This document shows positions 18,012 to 26,317 of a DNA stretch of 28,514 nucleotides, one piece after another. Origin of the DNA: Candidatus Hadarchaeales archaeon (lineage in GTDB: Archaea > Hadarchaeota > Hadarchaeia > Hadarchaeales > Hadarchaeaceae); contig JAVZGN010000004.1 in assembly GCA_038872135.1 (NCBI GenBank), forward strand, positions 1 through 28,514, in the 5' to 3' direction. The position numbers and the translations under genes were made by a program. The stretch's first letter is position 1, and each line of letters starts with the position of its first letter. The notes under the pieces were generated by a model. It was given only the letters and a program-made list of their open reading frames with translations. It was not told where the DNA came from and searched no databases.

Positions 18012-19037
18012 TTGGAGTTCAGGAAGGAAATTCAGGAGGCAAGGTTCAGGAGCCCACTTAAGGGTTTCGAGGAGGTTGTCCAGCCGATAGAGGTGAGGTA
18101 CGACCCCCTCACGGGAAGGAGATGCAGGATAAACGTTGAGAGGGCCAAAAGACCAAAGCAGACCCCGAAGGAAGGGATTGAGATAAGCACCCTCGTGAAA
18201 TCTTCAGAGGAAAAATGCCAATTTTGTGCGGGGAGGCTGGAGTCGTCAACCCCAAAGTTCCCGAGCGGCTTTCCTGAAAGAATAAGAGTGGGGGAGGCAT
18301 GTGTTTTCCCCAACCTCTTTCCATTTGGGGGGCTGCATGCGGTTGGAATTTTTTCGAGCAGGCATTTCATGGTGCTGGGGGAAATTTCAGCAAAGCTCAT
18401 CGAGGACTGTTTTTCCGCGAGCCTCCAGTGTTTTGAGCTTTTTTACAGAAAAATGCCAGAGCTGAAGTTCTGGTGCATAAACTGGAACAACCTGCCCCCT
18501 GGAGCGGCAAGCATAGTCCACCCTCACGTTCAAATCTTTGCGGACAAAAGTCCAACATTTTTCCTTGAGGAGCTCATCAGGGAGAGCAGGGAGTACCGCT
18601 TGAGAACCGGGGTGAACTACTGGGAAGATCTTGTGAGAGAGGAGAGAAGGCTGGGGGAGAGATATCTTGGGAGGACTGGAAGGGTTCACTGGCTCACGAC
18701 CTTTGCCCCCCAGGGCAACCGGGAAGTCATGGGAGTTGTGGAGGGAATTTCTTCGCTCTCAAGGCTTCGGGGGATGCTTGGAGATTTTTCAGATGGACTC
18801 TCCCGCGTCCTCAAAGGGTACAATGAGCTTGGTGTGTGGAGCATTACCTTCACCACATATTCAGGCCCTGCCGATGAGCCAATGGAAGATTTCTACTGGC
18901 TGAACACGAGGATAATCTCCCGCCCCTACCCCTTCCCCTTCTATGTGAGCGATTGTGGGTTCATGGAGAAATTCCACGATGAGCCAGTGATTGAAACGCT
19001 TCCCGAAGACATCTCCTGTCTGAAAAAATATTTTTGA
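18012..19037 (+). CDS. galT: Galactose-1-phosphate uridylyltransferase (GalT-like, HIT superfamily)
   Basis: EVRYDPLTG, CQFC, FPNLFPF, GAASIVHPHVQ (HxHxQ). Confidence 0.8.
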   Translation: MEFRKEIQEARFRSPLKGFEEVVQPIEVRYDPLTGRRCRINVERAKRPKQTPKEGIEISTLVKSSEEKCQFCAGRLESSTPKFPSGFPERIRVGEACVFPNLFPFGGLHAVGIFSSRHFMVLGEISAKLIEDCFSASLQCFELFYRKMPELKFWCINWNNLPPGAASIVHPHVQIFADKSPTFFLEELIRESREYRLRTGVNYWEDLVREERRLGERYLGRTGRVHWLTTFAPQGNREVMGVVEGISSLSRLRGMLGDFSDGLSRVLKGYNELGVWSITFTTYSGPADEPMEDFYWLNTRIISRPYPFPFYVSDCGFMEKFHDEPVIETLPEDISCLKKYF

Positions 19038-19092
19038 AGGACGCTCGTGCCCTACATTTTTAAGCGCTGGCGCAGAGGATAGGTGAGGTCAA

Positions 19093-19290
19093 ATGGATCA
19101 GCAGACGATGGAGAAACTGAAGTTGATGATCGGAGTCCCGATAGAAAAGGTTGATGAAGAGGGTGGCACTTTAATTCTTCACATTCAGAAGGACAAGGTT
19201 GCGAAGGCGATAGGGTCAAGGGGCTCGGTTGTGAGGGCTGCGGAGATGGTCCTTGGGAAGAAAATAACGATAAAGGAGATTGAGAAATAG
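19093..19290 (+). CDS. Single KH-domain protein (NusA-like KH)
   Basis: KVAKAIGSRGSVVRAAEMVLGKKI contains the GxxG KH loop; AGGTGAGG RBS upstream. Confidence 0.75.
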   Translation: MDQQTMEKLKLMIGVPIEKVDEEGGTLILHIQKDKVAKAIGSRGSVVRAAEMVLGKKITIKEIEK

Positions 19291-19330
19291 GTTTTTTATT
19301 CTCGGATGTAGAGGAATGGGAGGTGAAGAG

Positions 19331-19564
19331 ATGGTTGAAGCATATGTTCTGATAACCGCGGCGATTGGGAAGGTGAAGGAGGTCGCGAGGAACCTCCAGA
19401 AGATCAAGGGAGTGAAGTCGGTGCATGTGGTCACTGGGCCATATGATATCATAGTTTTTGTGGAGGCGAAGGACCTGGCGACCATCAGCAGCACCGTGGT
19501 AGAGGAAATCCACAAGGTCAAAGGGGTTGTTGACACAAACACGGCGCTGGTTGTGAACATCTGA
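19331..19564 (+). CDS. Stand-alone Lrp/AsnC ligand-binding (RAM) domain protein
   Basis: MVEAYVLI...VHVVTGPYDIIVFVE...IHKVKGVVDTNT; GGAGGTGA RBS before ATG 19331. Confidence 0.9.
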   Translation: MVEAYVLITAAIGKVKEVARNLQKIKGVKSVHVVTGPYDIIVFVEAKDLATISSTVVEEIHKVKGVVDTNTALVVNI

Positions 19565-19606
19565 AAGCCTGCTCCTCAGACGCCCGCATCTTCCTGCATT
19601 TTTTAG

Positions 19607-19682
19607 TGGTAGCCCCGGGCGGATTCGAACCGCCGTCGGCAGGTCCAGAGCCTGCCATGCTTGGCCGCTACACCACGGGGCT
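19607..19682 (-). tRNA. tRNA-Gln(CTG)
   Basis: Reverse complement AGCCCCGTGGTGTAGCGGCCAAGCATGGCAGGCTCTGGACCTGCCGACGGCGGTTCGAATCCGCCCGGGGCTACCA; A1-U72 pair typical of archaeal tRNA-Gln; CCA encoded. Confidence 0.96.
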
Positions 19683-19794
19683 GTCGATGCCATCTCAACG
19701 GTTGAAGATATAATCTTTAGCCTGGGTGGATGGATTTTGCTCCCTCTGTGCGAAGTTCTTATAACCTAAAGAAAGAAGAAGGATGGGCGGGAAA

Positions 19795-20151
19795 ATGGTG
19801 AAAGTAACCGGTCCAACGAACCCAAACCTCAAAACCCTGATAAGAAGGCTGAGGAAAGCAGGGAAGAAAGCGAGGGTTTGGGCAGACGTCGCCGAGAGGC
19901 TTTCAGCGCCCAGGAGATCAAGAGCTGAGGTGAACCTGAGCAGGATAAACAGGATTGGGGGCAATGCAGTCATAGTTGTGCCAGGGAAAGTGCTTGGGGC
20001 GGGGAGCCTCAAGGGGGCTCCAGTTGTGGCTGCCTTCAAGTTCTCCGGAGCAGCAGCGCGAAAAATTGTAAAGGCAGGGGGCAAGGCGCTCACCATTGAA
20101 CAGCTTTTAGAGATGAACCCCGAGGGAAAGGGGGTAGTGATTGTGGAGTGA
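19795..20151 (+). CDS. rpl18e: 50S ribosomal protein L18e
   Basis: TNPNLKTLIRRL...WADVAERL..PRRSRAEVNLSRINR...VVPGKVLGAG; start ATG 19795 or 19783. Confidence 0.96.
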   Translation: MVKVTGPTNPNLKTLIRRLRKAGKKARVWADVAERLSAPRRSRAEVNLSRINRIGGNAVIVVPGKVLGAGSLKGAPVVAAFKFSGAAARKIVKAGGKALTIEQLLEMNPEGKGVVIVE

Positions 20152-20582
20152 GGAAGATGATTGTAGATGCAAAAGATGCTATTGTTGGAAGGCTCTCAAC
20201 ATTTGTTGCCAAAGAGCTTCTCAATGGAAATCAGGTCACGATTGTGAATGCAGAGAAAGCGATAATCACTGGAAGAAGGGAGTCGATTTTTGAGGAGTGG
20301 GATGCGTGGATGGAGACGAGAAATTTGGCGAACCCGAGAAAGGGCCCATTCCATCATCGCTATCCCGAAGATATCTTAAGGAGAGCAATTCGTGGGATGC
20401 TCCCATATCACAAAGCCAAGGGGAGGGCGGCTTACAGGCGGCTCAAGGTTTATCGAGGGGTCCCAGAGGAGGTAGCGGGAAAGGAAATGGTGAGGGTCAA
20501 GGAGGCAGATATCAGCCGTTTGAGGACCAGCCGGTATATAAGGCTGGAGGAGCTAAGCAGACATTTGGGGGCAAAACTTTGA
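20148..20582 (+). CDS. rpl13: 50S ribosomal protein L13
   Basis: IVDAKDAIVGRL, IVNAEKAIITG, GPFHHRYPEDILRRAIRGMLP. Confidence 0.96.
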   Translation: MRKMIVDAKDAIVGRLSTFVAKELLNGNQVTIVNAEKAIITGRRESIFEEWDAWMETRNLANPRKGPFHHRYPEDILRRAIRGMLPYHKAKGRAAYRRLKVYRGVPEEVAGKEMVRVKEADISRLRTSRYIRLEELSRHLGAKL

Positions 20583-20977
20583 CCGTGGCAATCGGTGTTG
20601 GAAGGAGAAAAGCGGCGATAGCGCGAGCTGTGGTGAGGGACGGCAGTGGAAAGGTGATGGTCAATGGAAAGGCCCTGGAAGTTCTCGAGCCGATGGTTGC
20701 CAGGCTGAAGATTTCCGAGCCATTGGCCCTTTTTCCAGAAGTCGCGAAGAAGGTGGACATAGAGGTAAAGGCTGAGGGAGGTGGAGTGATGGGGCAGGCC
20801 GACGCCATCAGAACTGCGATTGCCAGGGGGCTTCTGGCTTGGTCGGGGGATCCAAAGCTCAGGGAAGAAATGAAGAAGTATGACTGGACCCTTGTGAAAA
20901 GTGATGTGAGGTTCAAGGAAGTGAAGAAGCCGGGGGGGCCTGGGGCAAGGGCTAAATTCCAGAAGAGCTACAGGTGA
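20579..20977 (+). CDS. rps9: 30S ribosomal protein S9
   Basis: GRRKAAIARA, GGGVMGQADAIRTAIARGL, KKPGGPGARAKFQKSYR; TTG start overlapping the rpl13 stop (TTGA). Confidence 0.96.
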   Translation: MTVAIGVGRRKAAIARAVVRDGSGKVMVNGKALEVLEPMVARLKISEPLALFPEVAKKVDIEVKAEGGGVMGQADAIRTAIARGLLAWSGDPKLREEMKKYDWTLVKSDVRFKEVKKPGGPGARAKFQKSYR

Positions 20978-20981
20978 TTGC

Positions 20982-21173
20982 ATGAGACCCATAAGGTGTT
21001 TCACATGCGGGAAGCTGCTTGGCGACAAGTATGCGATTTTTGAGGAGAGGGTGAAGAAGGGGGAGGAGCCGAAGAAAGTTCTGGATGATCTTGGATTGAA
21101 GCGCTACTGCTGCAGAAGCACTGTTCTTACGAGCATCGACATGATGGATGAAATTGCGAAGTTCAAGCGGTGA
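20982..21173 (+). CDS. rpoN: DNA-directed RNA polymerase subunit N (Rpo10)
   Basis: PIRCFTCGK...LDDLGLKRYCCR. Confidence 0.97.
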   Translation: MRPIRCFTCGKLLGDKYAIFEERVKKGEEPKKVLDDLGLKRYCCRSTVLTSIDMMDEIAKFKR

Positions 21174-21293
21174 ATTTTCCATTGTTTTGTTTCAAATCTA
21201 TGTTTGGGCTTCAGAGCTTTGACCGACTAAATGTTTGAGTGGTTTGGCGAAGGATCATCAAGCGGATTGGCGGGGTTGGTGGCTCATTGGAAG

Positions 21294-21302
21294 TTTTTTT
21301 TT
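21294..21302 (+). terminator. Possible U-tract terminator of the ribosomal operon
   Basis: T9 run about 120 bp downstream of rpoN and upstream of array 2. Confidence 0.35.
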
Positions 21303-21357
21303 GGGAGCGGGAGATCAGATGTGTGTCGCCTCAGGTGCATGAGGTCGTTCTGCTAGA

Positions 21358-21709
21358 GTAGACACGTGTCCATTCATCCGTGTGCGTGAGTCGATAAATT
21401 TTGACATCTGTGGAGTGTGGGACGAAATGTAGACACGTGTCCACTTCCTTGTTCAACTTGGCTCCGCCCAGGTAGACACGTGTCCACGGCTCCTCCCCCA
21501 TTGGAAAACTTGATCAAACTCAGGTAGACACGTGTCCACAGCTCTTTTTTCGATCGGAAAATTTGGTCAAACTCAAGTAGACACGTGTCCACTCATCCGA
21601 GCCTTCCCAGAGGTGAAAAGCTTCCGTGTAGTTCGAAGCCGAGCCAACTGTAGACACGTGTTCACCTACCATCAAAAGTTCGATCATGCTCGAGAAGACA
21701 TGCGCCCAC
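21358..21709. repeat. Array 2: six (plus one degenerate) 16-bp near-palindromes GTAGACACGTGTCCAC
   Basis: Copies start at 21358, 21429, 21472, 21524, 21577, 21650, with a 12/16 copy at 21694; spacers 55, 27, 36, 37, 57, 28 bp; all in the same orientation. Confidence 0.95.
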
Positions 21710-21777
21710 TTCAAACTCATCCCGGCCCCATAGACAAGGTTTATTTCATGGGAGACAAAACTTTCTGAGGTGAAGAG

Positions 21778-22326
21778 TTGCGTGCAGCGGTCCTCATTGC
21801 CATCATGGCTATTGCAGCAATCATCCTGGCAGCGGTTGTTCTGAGGGCCCCAGGAACTGAGATGAAGATTTCAAGCCCAGTCTTCTCAGATGGAGGGCAA
21901 ATCCCAGCAAAGTATACAGCCGATGGAGACAACATCTCTCCACCACTAGTTTTTGAGAACATCCCGAAAGGCACAGTTTCTCTGGCAATTATCGCAGATG
22001 ACCCCGACGCCCCCGGAGGGACATTCACCCACTGGCTCATCTGGAACCTTCCCCCAACACTCACCAGCCTCCAAGAGCACATCCCCACCGTCGAGGAGGT
22101 GGAAAATCTTGGGATGGCGAGGCAGGGGAAAAATAGCTTTGGTAGGATCGGCTACAGTGGACCAAGTCCCCCGCCAGGCTCCCTTCACCACTACCGCTTC
22201 ACGCTTTTCGCTCTCGACACAACTCTCAACCTCCAGGCTGGGGCGGGAAGGGCAGAGCTGGAGTCTGCGATGAGTGGCCATGAACTCGCGAGGGCAACAC
22301 TAACAGGAATTTACCAGAGGTCATGA
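21778..22326 (+). CDS. YbhB/YbcL (PEBP/RKIP-like) protein with N-terminal signal/anchor
   Basis: SPPL, DDPDAPGGTFTHWLIWN, GYSGPSPPPG..HHYRFTLFALD; GAGGTGA RBS. Confidence 0.92.
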   Translation: MRAAVLIAIMAIAAIILAAVVLRAPGTEMKISSPVFSDGGQIPAKYTADGDNISPPLVFENIPKGTVSLAIIADDPDAPGGTFTHWLIWNLPPTLTSLQEHIPTVEEVENLGMARQGKNSFGRIGYSGPSPPPGSLHHYRFTLFALDTTLNLQAGAGRAELESAMSGHELARATLTGIYQRS

Positions 22327-23627
22327 AAATGCCAGAATGGTACCTCGATTTCGTTGACCTGAGCTACACCCCAAAGGAAGATGATCTCATCGCCCTCTTC
22401 AGAATCGAGCCCGCGGAGGGGGTGAAGATGGAAGAGGCTGCTGGAAGGGTGGCCTCTGAGAGCTCCATAGGAACCTGGACGACACTCACAACGTTGAAGC
22501 CCTCCATGCGAATGTTGATGGCCAAAGTCTACGAGATCCGGGAAAGCTGGGTGAAAATCGCATATCCCCTGGAGCTTTTTGAGGAAGGCTCAATCGCGGG
22601 GCTGATGAGCGCAGTTGCCGGAAACATCTTTGGAATGAAAGCCTTGGAAGCCCTGAAACTGATCGATCTCCATCTCCCTCGCGAGTACCTGAGGAAATTT
22701 AAAGGACCGACCTATGGAAAGACTGCAATCAAAAAGATCTTCCGGAAAAGCTCTGGGCCAATAACCGCTGTAGTCCCAAAGCCCAAGGTTGGGTTTACCG
22801 CCCAAGAGCATGCGGCAGAGGTTGGGTACACCCTCTGGAAAGGAGGAATCGACTGCATCAAGGACGATGAAAACCTCACTAGCCAGAAATTCAACAGGTT
22901 TGAGAAGAGGGTAGAGCTCCTCGCGAGATTCAGGGAGAAGGCTGAGGGGGAGACAGGGGAGGTGAAGGAGGCGTTTATCAATGTCACCGCCCCAAATCTC
23001 AAAGAGCTTGAGAGGAGAATTAAGCTGGTTCACGACAATGGCTTCACATACTTCATGATTGATGTTGTGGTAAGCGGTTTCACAGCCGTCCAAACTGCGG
23101 CGGAAATGGCTCATGACTTAAGGATGGCAATTCACGGGCACAGGGCAATGCATGCGGCAATGACGAGGAATCCCAGGCATGGGGTTTCAATGCTGCTGCT
23201 AGCAAAGCTCATGCGAACGATTGGAATAGATCAGCTCCACATCGGCACCGTGATAGGGAAGCTGGCTGGCGGGAAAGACGAGGTTACAGCGACAAAGGAG
23301 ATGATCATGAATCAAAGCGTGGCTGAAATCGAAGGGCTCAGAATGTCGCAGGACTGGGGAAGGATAAAGCCAATGCTTCCGGTGGCTTCCGGTGGTCTCC
23401 ATCCAGGGCTTCTCCCCGAGGTTTTCGACATCTATGGGACAACAGATATCGTGGTTCAGGTTGGTGGTGGAACCCTAGGCCATCCAGCGGGAGTAGAAGC
23501 TGGAGCGAGGGCAGTAGTTCAAGCAATTGAGGCCTACAAAAAAGGGATCGAGCTGGAAGAGTATGCGAGGACCCATGAGGAGCTAAGGATCGCCTTGGAG
23601 CACTGGGGCCACACCAAGCCGAGGTGA
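22323..23627 (+). CDS. rbcL: Form III ribulose-1,5-bisphosphate carboxylase large subunit
   Basis: ASESSIGTW, AGNIFGMK, PKPKVG, GGIDCIKDDENL, HGHRAMHAA, QLHIGTVIGKL, VASGGLHPG, QVGGG; the usual catalytic residues are present. Confidence 0.95.
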   Translation: MKMPEWYLDFVDLSYTPKEDDLIALFRIEPAEGVKMEEAAGRVASESSIGTWTTLTTLKPSMRMLMAKVYEIRESWVKIAYPLELFEEGSIAGLMSAVAGNIFGMKALEALKLIDLHLPREYLRKFKGPTYGKTAIKKIFRKSSGPITAVVPKPKVGFTAQEHAAEVGYTLWKGGIDCIKDDENLTSQKFNRFEKRVELLARFREKAEGETGEVKEAFINVTAPNLKELERRIKLVHDNGFTYFMIDVVVSGFTAVQTAAEMAHDLRMAIHGHRAMHAAMTRNPRHGVSMLLLAKLMRTIGIDQLHIGTVIGKLAGGKDEVTATKEMIMNQSVAEIEGLRMSQDWGRIKPMLPVASGGLHPGLLPEVFDIYGTTDIVVQVGGGTLGHPAGVEAGARAVVQAIEAYKKGIELEEYARTHEELRIALEHWGHTKPR

Positions 23628-23631
23628 GGAG

Positions 23632-24570
23632 ATGGCGAAATACAGGATCGAACTCATAACTCCCGGGGAGGCCTGGAGGCTCTTGAGGGAGTACTCCCCC
23701 CGCTTCCTCTATCGTGACAAAGCAAACATATACGGGTGCTGTATCAAGTTGCTCACGGATCTCGAGGAGGTGAAGGAGCGCTGGGAGGACAACTTCTTCT
23801 TCATGGACGACAATGTGCGCTCCCACGGGAGGCTCGCCGTGCTGAAAGAGGGAGGAGAACCTTTGGTGAGGTATGATCCCTACACGAACACCGCCTTTAT
23901 CACAGGGATGGACTACTACGGGTGGATAAAGAGCGTGGCTCTGGCAGTGGCCGGGGACATCCTAGAGGATGAGCACGAGATCTACCACATCCACGGGGCA
24001 GCGATAGATGTGGAGGGGTGTGGGGTTGCAATCATCGCTCCGCCGGGAACGGGGAAGACCACCCATTCCTTCGGGCTGCTGAGGCTAAAGGGGAGCAGGC
24101 TGGTGGCTGACGATTGGTTTTTCGTCAGGCTCACCGAGCGCGGAGCGCTGGGCTTCGGGTCGGAGAAGAACTCGTACGTGGAAGCAGACATCGGGAAGAT
24201 ATGGAAGGAGTACGAGGGGCTGGTAGAGAAGGCCCACCTAGACCAGCGGGGAAGGGCGATTGTAAACGTGAGGTGGATCGTCGGAGGAGGGGGGGTGATT
24301 CCGATGCTAACGCTGAGGAAGGTGATTCTGCTAAAGAGGGATCCCGCCGATCCAACTATTACGAGGGAGCTAGCGGTCTGGGAGGGGTTGGAGTACTTGC
24401 TCGTCAATGATTTCTGTAACCCTCACCAGCTCGTGAAGGATGAGAGGAAGTTGAATATGCGCAGGGAGTTCTTCAGGCGGCTATTCGAGCTCACGGAGGT
24501 CTACATCGTTAACACGGTTAAGCCGCCGCACGAGACTCACGCAGAGATAGTGAAGCTCTTGCGAGGTTAG
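23632..24570 (+). CDS. HPr kinase/PEPCK-like P-loop protein of unknown substrate
   Basis: HIHGAAIDVEGCGVAIIAPPGTGKTT and LVADDWFFV (His, Walker A, DD signature); 4 bp after the rbcL stop. Confidence 0.8.
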   Translation: MAKYRIELITPGEAWRLLREYSPRFLYRDKANIYGCCIKLLTDLEEVKERWEDNFFFMDDNVRSHGRLAVLKEGGEPLVRYDPYTNTAFITGMDYYGWIKSVALAVAGDILEDEHEIYHIHGAAIDVEGCGVAIIAPPGTGKTTHSFGLLRLKGSRLVADDWFFVRLTERGALGFGSEKNSYVEADIGKIWKEYEGLVEKAHLDQRGRAIVNVRWIVGGGGVIPMLTLRKVILLKRDPADPTITRELAVWEGLEYLLVNDFCNPHQLVKDERKLNMRREFFRRLFELTEVYIVNTVKPPHETHAEIVKLLRG

Positions 24571-24624
24571 CAGCATGAGACAACCGCCGCTTTATGGATA
24601 AATAGACCTGAATCGAATTCGTTT

Positions 24625-24702
24625 GGGGCCGTAGGGTAGCTTGGTCTATCCTACCAGCTTGGGGTGCTGGCGACCTGGGTTCAAATCCCAGCGGCCCCAC
24701 CA
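24625..24702 (+). tRNA. tRNA-Pro(GGG)
   Basis: GGGGCCG...CGGCCCC-A-CCA acceptor stem; anticodon arm CCAGC-TTGGGGT-GCTGG; GGTTCAAATCC T-arm. Confidence 0.96.
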
Positions 24703-24916
24703 GCCCTTCCCTAAATTCCCATTCATCAGAAGTTCAACGCTATTTCACAGCAAAATTAAACACCCTGCTGCCAATGAATGTCTTGCCCTACATTGCTGCC
24801 GCAATTATTGTAGCCGTGGTTATCGGTGCCACCCGGTTTACTTTGAGGATTATGGTCCTTCATGTAGAAGCTGCAAGGCAAAGGGTCAACTCCTTCGCCC
24901 GTCCTCATCAGCCGGT

Positions 24917-24960
24917 ATATATTTAAACTCACAGGTGTGAGTTACTCACAGGAGTGAGTA
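24917..24960 (+). promoter_or_regulatory. TATA box followed by tandem palindromic operator-like sites
   Basis: TATATTTAAA, then AACTCACA-GG-TGTGAGTT (24926-24943) and TACTCAC-AGGA-GTGAGTA (24943-24960), abutting ATG 24961. Confidence 0.7.
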
Positions 24961-26115
24961 ATGTATTTCGACGAAGCCCCAAAAACAAACCCAGCCGATT
25001 TCTACAATTTTGAGGAGCAGCGAAGCGAACTCATGCACGCTCTACGAGAGGGTGCTAGGCTCATCGTTATAAAGGGGGCACGGAGGACAGGAAAGACTTC
25101 CCTCCTCCTAACAGCCCTGAATGAGATCGGCTTCCCATACGTTGTGATTGACGCGAGGGTTTTTGGAAAAGTTCCCACAATTCCACATGCGGACTTCATA
25201 AGGGTCTTGGAGAAGGGGCTAAATGACTTTCTTTTTAGACAGAAAAAAGGCATCAGGCGCGTTCTAGATGTTTTAAAGGGGCTCCGGGGCGTGGAAGTTG
25301 AGTTTCCAGTCAGAGTTAGACTTTCTTGGGGTCCGCCAGAAAGAAGGGCAGATTTCCTAGACCTCCTCACCTGCTTGGGCGAACTGGCAAAAGAGGAGGG
25401 AAAAACTTTCGTGCTGGTTCTAGACGAAGGACAGGAACTTCGAAAGATTGCCGGCTACAATCTGACTCTTCCGCTGGCCCACATCTACGACTATGTCAAA
25501 AGCGTTCAGGTTATAGTTACGGGCTCACAAGTGGGGGTACTCACAGATTTTCTGAAGACAAGCGACCCAACATCAGCGCTTTTCGGGAGGGTTCGGGTTG
25601 AGATTGAAATGCCACGCCTTTCTGCAGATAAAGCGAAGGAGTTTTTGGTTCTCGGCTGCAGGCAGGCTGGGATAAAACCAAAATCTCAAGTTCTCGACGA
25701 TGCTGTTAAAAAGCTCGATGGAATCGTGGGCTGGCTCACCTACGCGGGAGCGCTCGCCAGAAGGTTGCGGAAGTTTGATGAAAGAGTTCTCGAGAACGCC
25801 TTCGAGGAAGGGGCAAAGCTAGCGGCGGAGGAGATGGAGAATTTCCTCGCTGTCCGTCCAGCTGCCCGCAAGAGATACCTTTCTTTGTTGATCCGGATAG
25901 CAAGGCTTGGAAGGGGAAGTTGGACAGAGATAAAGGAAGGTCTCCAGATAGCTGAGAGAAAGCGCATAGCAGATCAAGTTTTCAACAGGGCGCTTGAAAC
26001 TTTGAAGAAATGGGGTTTCATCTGTAAGAACGAGGACGGAACATATTCTGTGGCAGATCCCCTCCTCACCCACGCGCTCCTGACGGGGGTCGTGAAAGAG
26101 CACGCGACCAGATGA
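24961..26115 (+). CDS. Archaeal ATPase (ATPase_2 / STAND-like) with C-terminal winged helix
   Basis: YFDEAPK, GARRTGKTSLL Walker A, VLVLDEGQ Walker B, VTGS, LFGR, DGIVGWL, C-terminal LETLKKWGFI...YSVADPLL. Confidence 0.9.
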   Translation: MYFDEAPKTNPADFYNFEEQRSELMHALREGARLIVIKGARRTGKTSLLLTALNEIGFPYVVIDARVFGKVPTIPHADFIRVLEKGLNDFLFRQKKGIRRVLDVLKGLRGVEVEFPVRVRLSWGPPERRADFLDLLTCLGELAKEEGKTFVLVLDEGQELRKIAGYNLTLPLAHIYDYVKSVQVIVTGSQVGVLTDFLKTSDPTSALFGRVRVEIEMPRLSADKAKEFLVLGCRQAGIKPKSQVLDDAVKKLDGIVGWLTYAGALARRLRKFDERVLENAFEEGAKLAAEEMENFLAVRPAARKRYLSLLIRIARLGRGSWTEIKEGLQIAERKRIADQVFNRALETLKKWGFICKNEDGTYSVADPLLTHALLTGVVKEHATR

Positions 26116-26317
26116 GTGCTGGTCGTTTACAGAGTTTCAATGTCCCCATTCTCGGAGCTTGTAGATTGCTTTGGGCCTCGTGTCGATCAGAGCAGGATAT
26201 TGATGCCGGCTCCCCATTTCAGGAACTGGCAATTAATGGGGCGCTACCTTGAAAAAGGATATTCTTCGGGCTATCCCTTTTTCATGATTCATCCTTTTTG
26301 AATCCAGCTCTGAGGTT

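Noticed and set aside
21358-21709. Array 2 as CRISPR, replication origin or coding sequence (ORFs 21374-21592, 21520-21720, 21532-21768)
   Set aside because: Spacer lengths are irregular and mutually homologous; no ORB-like G-string motif or cdc6 nearby; repeats fall in different frames, so the ORFs look incidental.
22323-23627. RuBisCO-like protein (form IV), because of DCIKDDE instead of DFxKDDE
   Set aside because: Key catalytic and substrate-binding residues, including HRAMH and loop-6 GKL, are retained.
24774-24926. 50-aa ORF with a hydrophobic segment (MNVLPYIAAAIIVAVVIG...)
   Set aside because: No RBS or recognisable family, and it runs into the ATPase promoter; possibly a remnant, but unsupported.
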